A DNA stretch of 63,603 bases, the filler included, from Globobulimina sp. (lineage: Eukaryota), in assembly GCA_003354225.1 (NCBI GenBank). It is 16 parts of 16 records of this genome, joined end to end, with 100 filler letters (N's around TTAATTAATTAA, not from the genome) between each part and the next. Parts side by side here need not be neighbours in the genome. Positions count along the whole stretch, not along the records: positions 59,726 to 63,603 come from PIVH01001949.1; 15 more parts are not named here. One strand, 5' to 3'. The position numbers were made by a program, and so were the translations under genes. Positions 59,950-63,603 of this stretch are shown here, piece after piece (position 1 is the stretch's first letter; each line of letters opens with the position of its first letter). The notes under the pieces were generated by a model. That model saw only the letters and a list, made by a program, of their open reading frames with translations. It was not told the DNA's origin and did no database searches.

Positions 59950-61598
59950 TTAACAAACACATTCACGATCCCAATACGTTTCTTCATCGATCATGATATC
60001 TTTCCACATTTCTCCCAACACAGCAACAGGTACAAATTCCTCCCCATCCAACTGTAGAACCTTTCCTTCATATAATATGCGTACATATTTACTTCGCGTG
60101 TTATCAATTCCATTAAACCAATCTCCCACTCCCATCATGAAACTCTTTTTATCTTCATCCCGAATTATATTCTTTTCCCACAGTTCAAATATTAAACTTG
60201 CAGAATATGCTGGCCATGGAAACCTAAACTCTTTCACATTTGCCAAAGCAATCAACAATCTCTGCAAAGTACCATCATGACACGAATATATTACAAATTT
60301 ATTCTCCAATTTATTCATATTATCCACCATTTTGCGTAATAAAACGCCTGCTGTCAATTTCAAACAATCCCTATCCATTCCATGATATTTACATATTCGA
60401 AAACTTGTATAATTTATAAAATCCCGCAGCTCCTTATCACTCACAACATCATGTGGCGGCAAATCAATTTCGTGATGCAATCGACATCCAATGGCCTCGC
60501 AAACACTTAGTTTTAATGTGTTATCTATTAATTTTAGAATAAATATTATGTAACAAATACGCAACTATAACCATGGCCGTTCCTCACAACCATAAAAATC
60601 CAATAACTTTTTCTTGACAGCACACATCTCCGCATCCTCATTCTGTGACAATGTAGCTTCATTTTCCTGTTGTCGTTTCCTTGCTCGTTTGCATTTTGGA
60701 TTGGGATACAACCAAGTTTTGGCATGGTCGCAATGGATAGGAATACTGCTCTCATTTGCCCGATTTTGCAAAGGATATAAGCCCTGCAACACTGCATCAG
60801 CAGATTGGATGCATCGGCAAAGATTAGTAGATATATAATATAGGCATGGCTGCTCACCATTTAATTGCTGTTTGCTGTTTGTAGCTGCAATAACCATGCT
60901 AGGATTTGAGGTTTTAGTGTCATTGTTATACGTTGGCGACAAAAAAGCAAGTTTTTTAACATATCTTTCTCTTAACCATGAACCTAAACTAATCATTCCA
61001 TCCACTCCCTTTTCAGTTAACTGTCCAGACCAAAAAGCATGATGTCGCTGTTTGGCATAGCTGCTATCCCAACATTGCATATTGGACAATATATCTTGTG
61101 TTTGTTTATCAGTGTCTTTGGAGCTCACCAAATATGCACAGTGCACTGAAAAGGTTTAATATGTTCATGTTTGTAGTGGAAAAATAGATATTTTATAATA
61201 TCATAACTGTCATAATTATCTGTTTTATGAACGATATAAGTGCCATTCAATCGCTTTGCAATGTTTTTCCATTGATATATTTCACTCAATTTGGTAGCAT
61301 TTGTGGTGTTGAAATTTGCTGCATCGTCGTCGGCATCCACTGGTTCATAACGAAGTGTTGAATATTGTTTGGAAATTTTACGCGCCCACAGCTCATTTTC
61401 CTTGTTTTTGTCACGTAACAATGAGATAGGTACTCTGTCACCATGTCGATGGAATACTTGAACATTTAATAAAACATCATCGGTTGGCCACGAAACAGAT
61501 GATTTATAGTGCGAGGAACCCTTCCATACCAATCCAGCAGCTACAATAGCCGGAAAGCCAATGTATTTCAGTGTTCTACGACCTGGATATAACCGCAT
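59950..61598 (-). CDS. Histidine acid phosphatase (ACP6-like); introns 61146-61207 and about 60506-60565
   Basis: VFHRHGDRVP, GQLTEKG...LGSWLRERY, STNLCRCIQSA...GLYP, YSCHDGTL and WPAYSASLIFELW. Confidence 0.92.
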
Positions 61599-61759
61599 TG
61601 AGCAAGGAGTTTTAAAATCTCAACTATATGAAGAAAAAACCCATTTTTATGTTGTTTTTTTTGATCATGCTTTCGCTGTGAAGCAAAAACAAAACATTCG
61701 CAAACACAACACACACGTATCAATTACCAGTGTAAGGATAAAAATAATAATAAAAAAAC

Positions 61760-63125
61760 ATGTCATTATCGTTATCCCAACCACCAACAACACCGTTACT
61801 GCAATCAGAACTAAACAGTGAGATCTTAGCAATTGTGAACAACCGTCGTATCACTGAACACTCCGCCATGATATGGAATATCCCGTCGAGTCAAACCATT
61901 TACAGCGTGGTGGCTGCCTTCCAAGAAGCTTGCGGCGAAATCGTAGGTGTGGGAGCCATGCATGATATGCGCGAAGATCCCACCTTGAAATGCATTCGTG
62001 CCTCGTTTGCCACCCCCTACTCACTACAAATTGCACTAAATTTATCAGGCACCCTATGGGGTGGCAGTAAGCTGTTAATCCGGAAGTATAAGGGACCCAA
62101 TCACGGCAAAACTAATAGCAACTTATTGCTGGCCCAGAATGGATTCAATCTGAATGGAATTAATAATCTGCCCTCCTCTTTGCACAATATCTCCATTCAA
62201 GACCTCCAACAGCAACCTCAGCTGTCTTCCATGGCCAACTTGGGCGCTGTGTCTGGCGTAAAAGGGATAAACACATTGGTGAATAATGGCGCTATCAATG
62301 CCGGGCGCGGCAGCAATAAGACTGTGGCACAACAAATATTTCAACATTTGGATATGCAGCAATTGGCGTATTTGATGTTAGTGCAACAGCATATTACTCA
62401 GAATAATCAGTTTAAAGAGCAGGAGGAGAAGGAAAAAGTAGCCAAAGAATTGGCGGAGCAACGACGGAAACAACGGAGAGTACGGAAGAAAACACGGAGC
62501 GGTGCGGATGGCTCGGATCAAGGCAGCGGCTCTGAGCAGGAATCAGAGTATGAAGAGAGTGGTATGTATGATTTGTGTTTTTTTTTGCAAAGTTTTTTGC
62601 GTTTTTTGTATGCAAATTATTGTCGTGATAAACCTTTAAGAGTTTGATGATGAACAAACGAACAAGAATTTAAATAGAAAAAGAGAAAGAGATGATTGTT
62701 ATGATAGGGATCGGGACAGAAGACATCATAGAAGTCATTATGAAAGAGATCGGGATCGAGATCGAGATAAATATTATTATCGGGATAGGGCTCGGTATAG
62801 TGATCGAAAGAGGAGATATAAGGAAAAGGAAAAGGAAAAGGAAAAGAAAGAAGAAAAGGAAGAGACAAAGAATGAGAAGACAGGTGATATAAAAATGGAT
62901 GATATTTTGAATAAAAATAAAGAGAAAGATAATGAAATGGAGGATAGTGATAAAAAGAAAGCAAGGGATAAATCTAAATATGAATATGACGAGGATTACT
63001 ATGATAAATCAAGAAGAAGATCGAGAAGAGACAGAGATAAAAGGAGATCAAGACACAAATATTCATCATATAGCCGGAGTAGATCAAGAAGTAGGTCAAG
63101 GTCAAGGAGTGTAAGCAGATATTAA
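61760..63125 (+). CDS. RRM-like + RD/RS-domain splicing-factor-like protein; intron 62562-62640
   Basis: WNIP...FQEACGEIV...ASF....ALNLSGTLWGGSKLLI; the spliced exon gives RDRDRD and RSRSRSRS. Confidence 0.75.
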
Positions 63126-63603
63126 TTAAATAATATTACTAACATTTATTAAAATATTTCTTGTTTTAAATGAAGATGAATGTGATGTGGTATATTGTAC
63201 CCCACCTAAATGTAACCCCTTTACCTCTCCATTGCATCATATGTATTATATTTAAAATTGGATCCTAAGGTCCTAGGTCCATCGCAATTGCAACTAATTG
63301 CGTTTATACCAATTGTTAAAATCATTGTCGCTCAGTTTCTTTTCATAATCATTGTCGTTTTTTAGGAATTCAGGAGTCAGGACTGTGTTTGTTAACTGTG
63401 TCTTGGGTTTGCAAATCGAGAACAAAGTCAGAACAAATTTATAATTGAACCAAATGTATACAAAGGGGCGGCAGGGGGGTTATCCAAACAAACCAAAAAA
63501 AGCACTACTTCCAAACCATACTTTCTTTGAGTAAACTGTAAACGTATTTTTTGATATATACAATTGAGTCTAACCCAAAAGCAACATGCAACAGCCAATG
63601 CAA

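Overview
This window is not one locus. It is 16 unlinked contigs of about 3.88 kb, sorted by decreasing length and joined by artificial 100-nt N(44)-TTAATTAATTAA-N(44) linkers, so gene neighbourhoods only mean something within a contig. The DNA is AT-rich, gene-dense and eukaryotic, with the standard genetic code and short (about 40-110 nt) GT-AG introns. The gene content resembles a rhizarian or foraminiferan protist, which is my inference and is unverified. Recognisable genes include a Josephin, zinc deaminase, ankyrin-RelA/SpoT-like nucleotidyltransferase, PuuE-like polysaccharide deacetylase, SPRY-like, BRCT, aldo-keto reductase, protein kinase, TYW3-TYW2 fusion, SGNH hydrolase, PHD proteins, flavin amine-oxidase-like, GFA/CENP-V, 7TM receptors, nitroreductase, ALDH3, P-domain proteins, PPR, CAP-Gly, HMG-box, histidine acid phosphatase and an RRM/RS protein. 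The best candidate for an undescribed system is a 6-exon ankyrin-RelA/SpoT-synthetase-like-ankyrin gene lying head-to-head, 91 bp from an intronless HAE/PCxxC deaminase. This could be a eukaryotic nucleotide-signalling or defence module. Other highlights are a 1.2-kb inverted pair of tRNA-headed elements whose cloverleaf has a 4-nt anticodon loop, a Josephin with catalytic Cys replaced by Ser, a GPCR carrying the GPCR-PIPK LR(x)9GI linker, and several retroelement-like ORFs. All splice models were derived by hand and no database searches were run.
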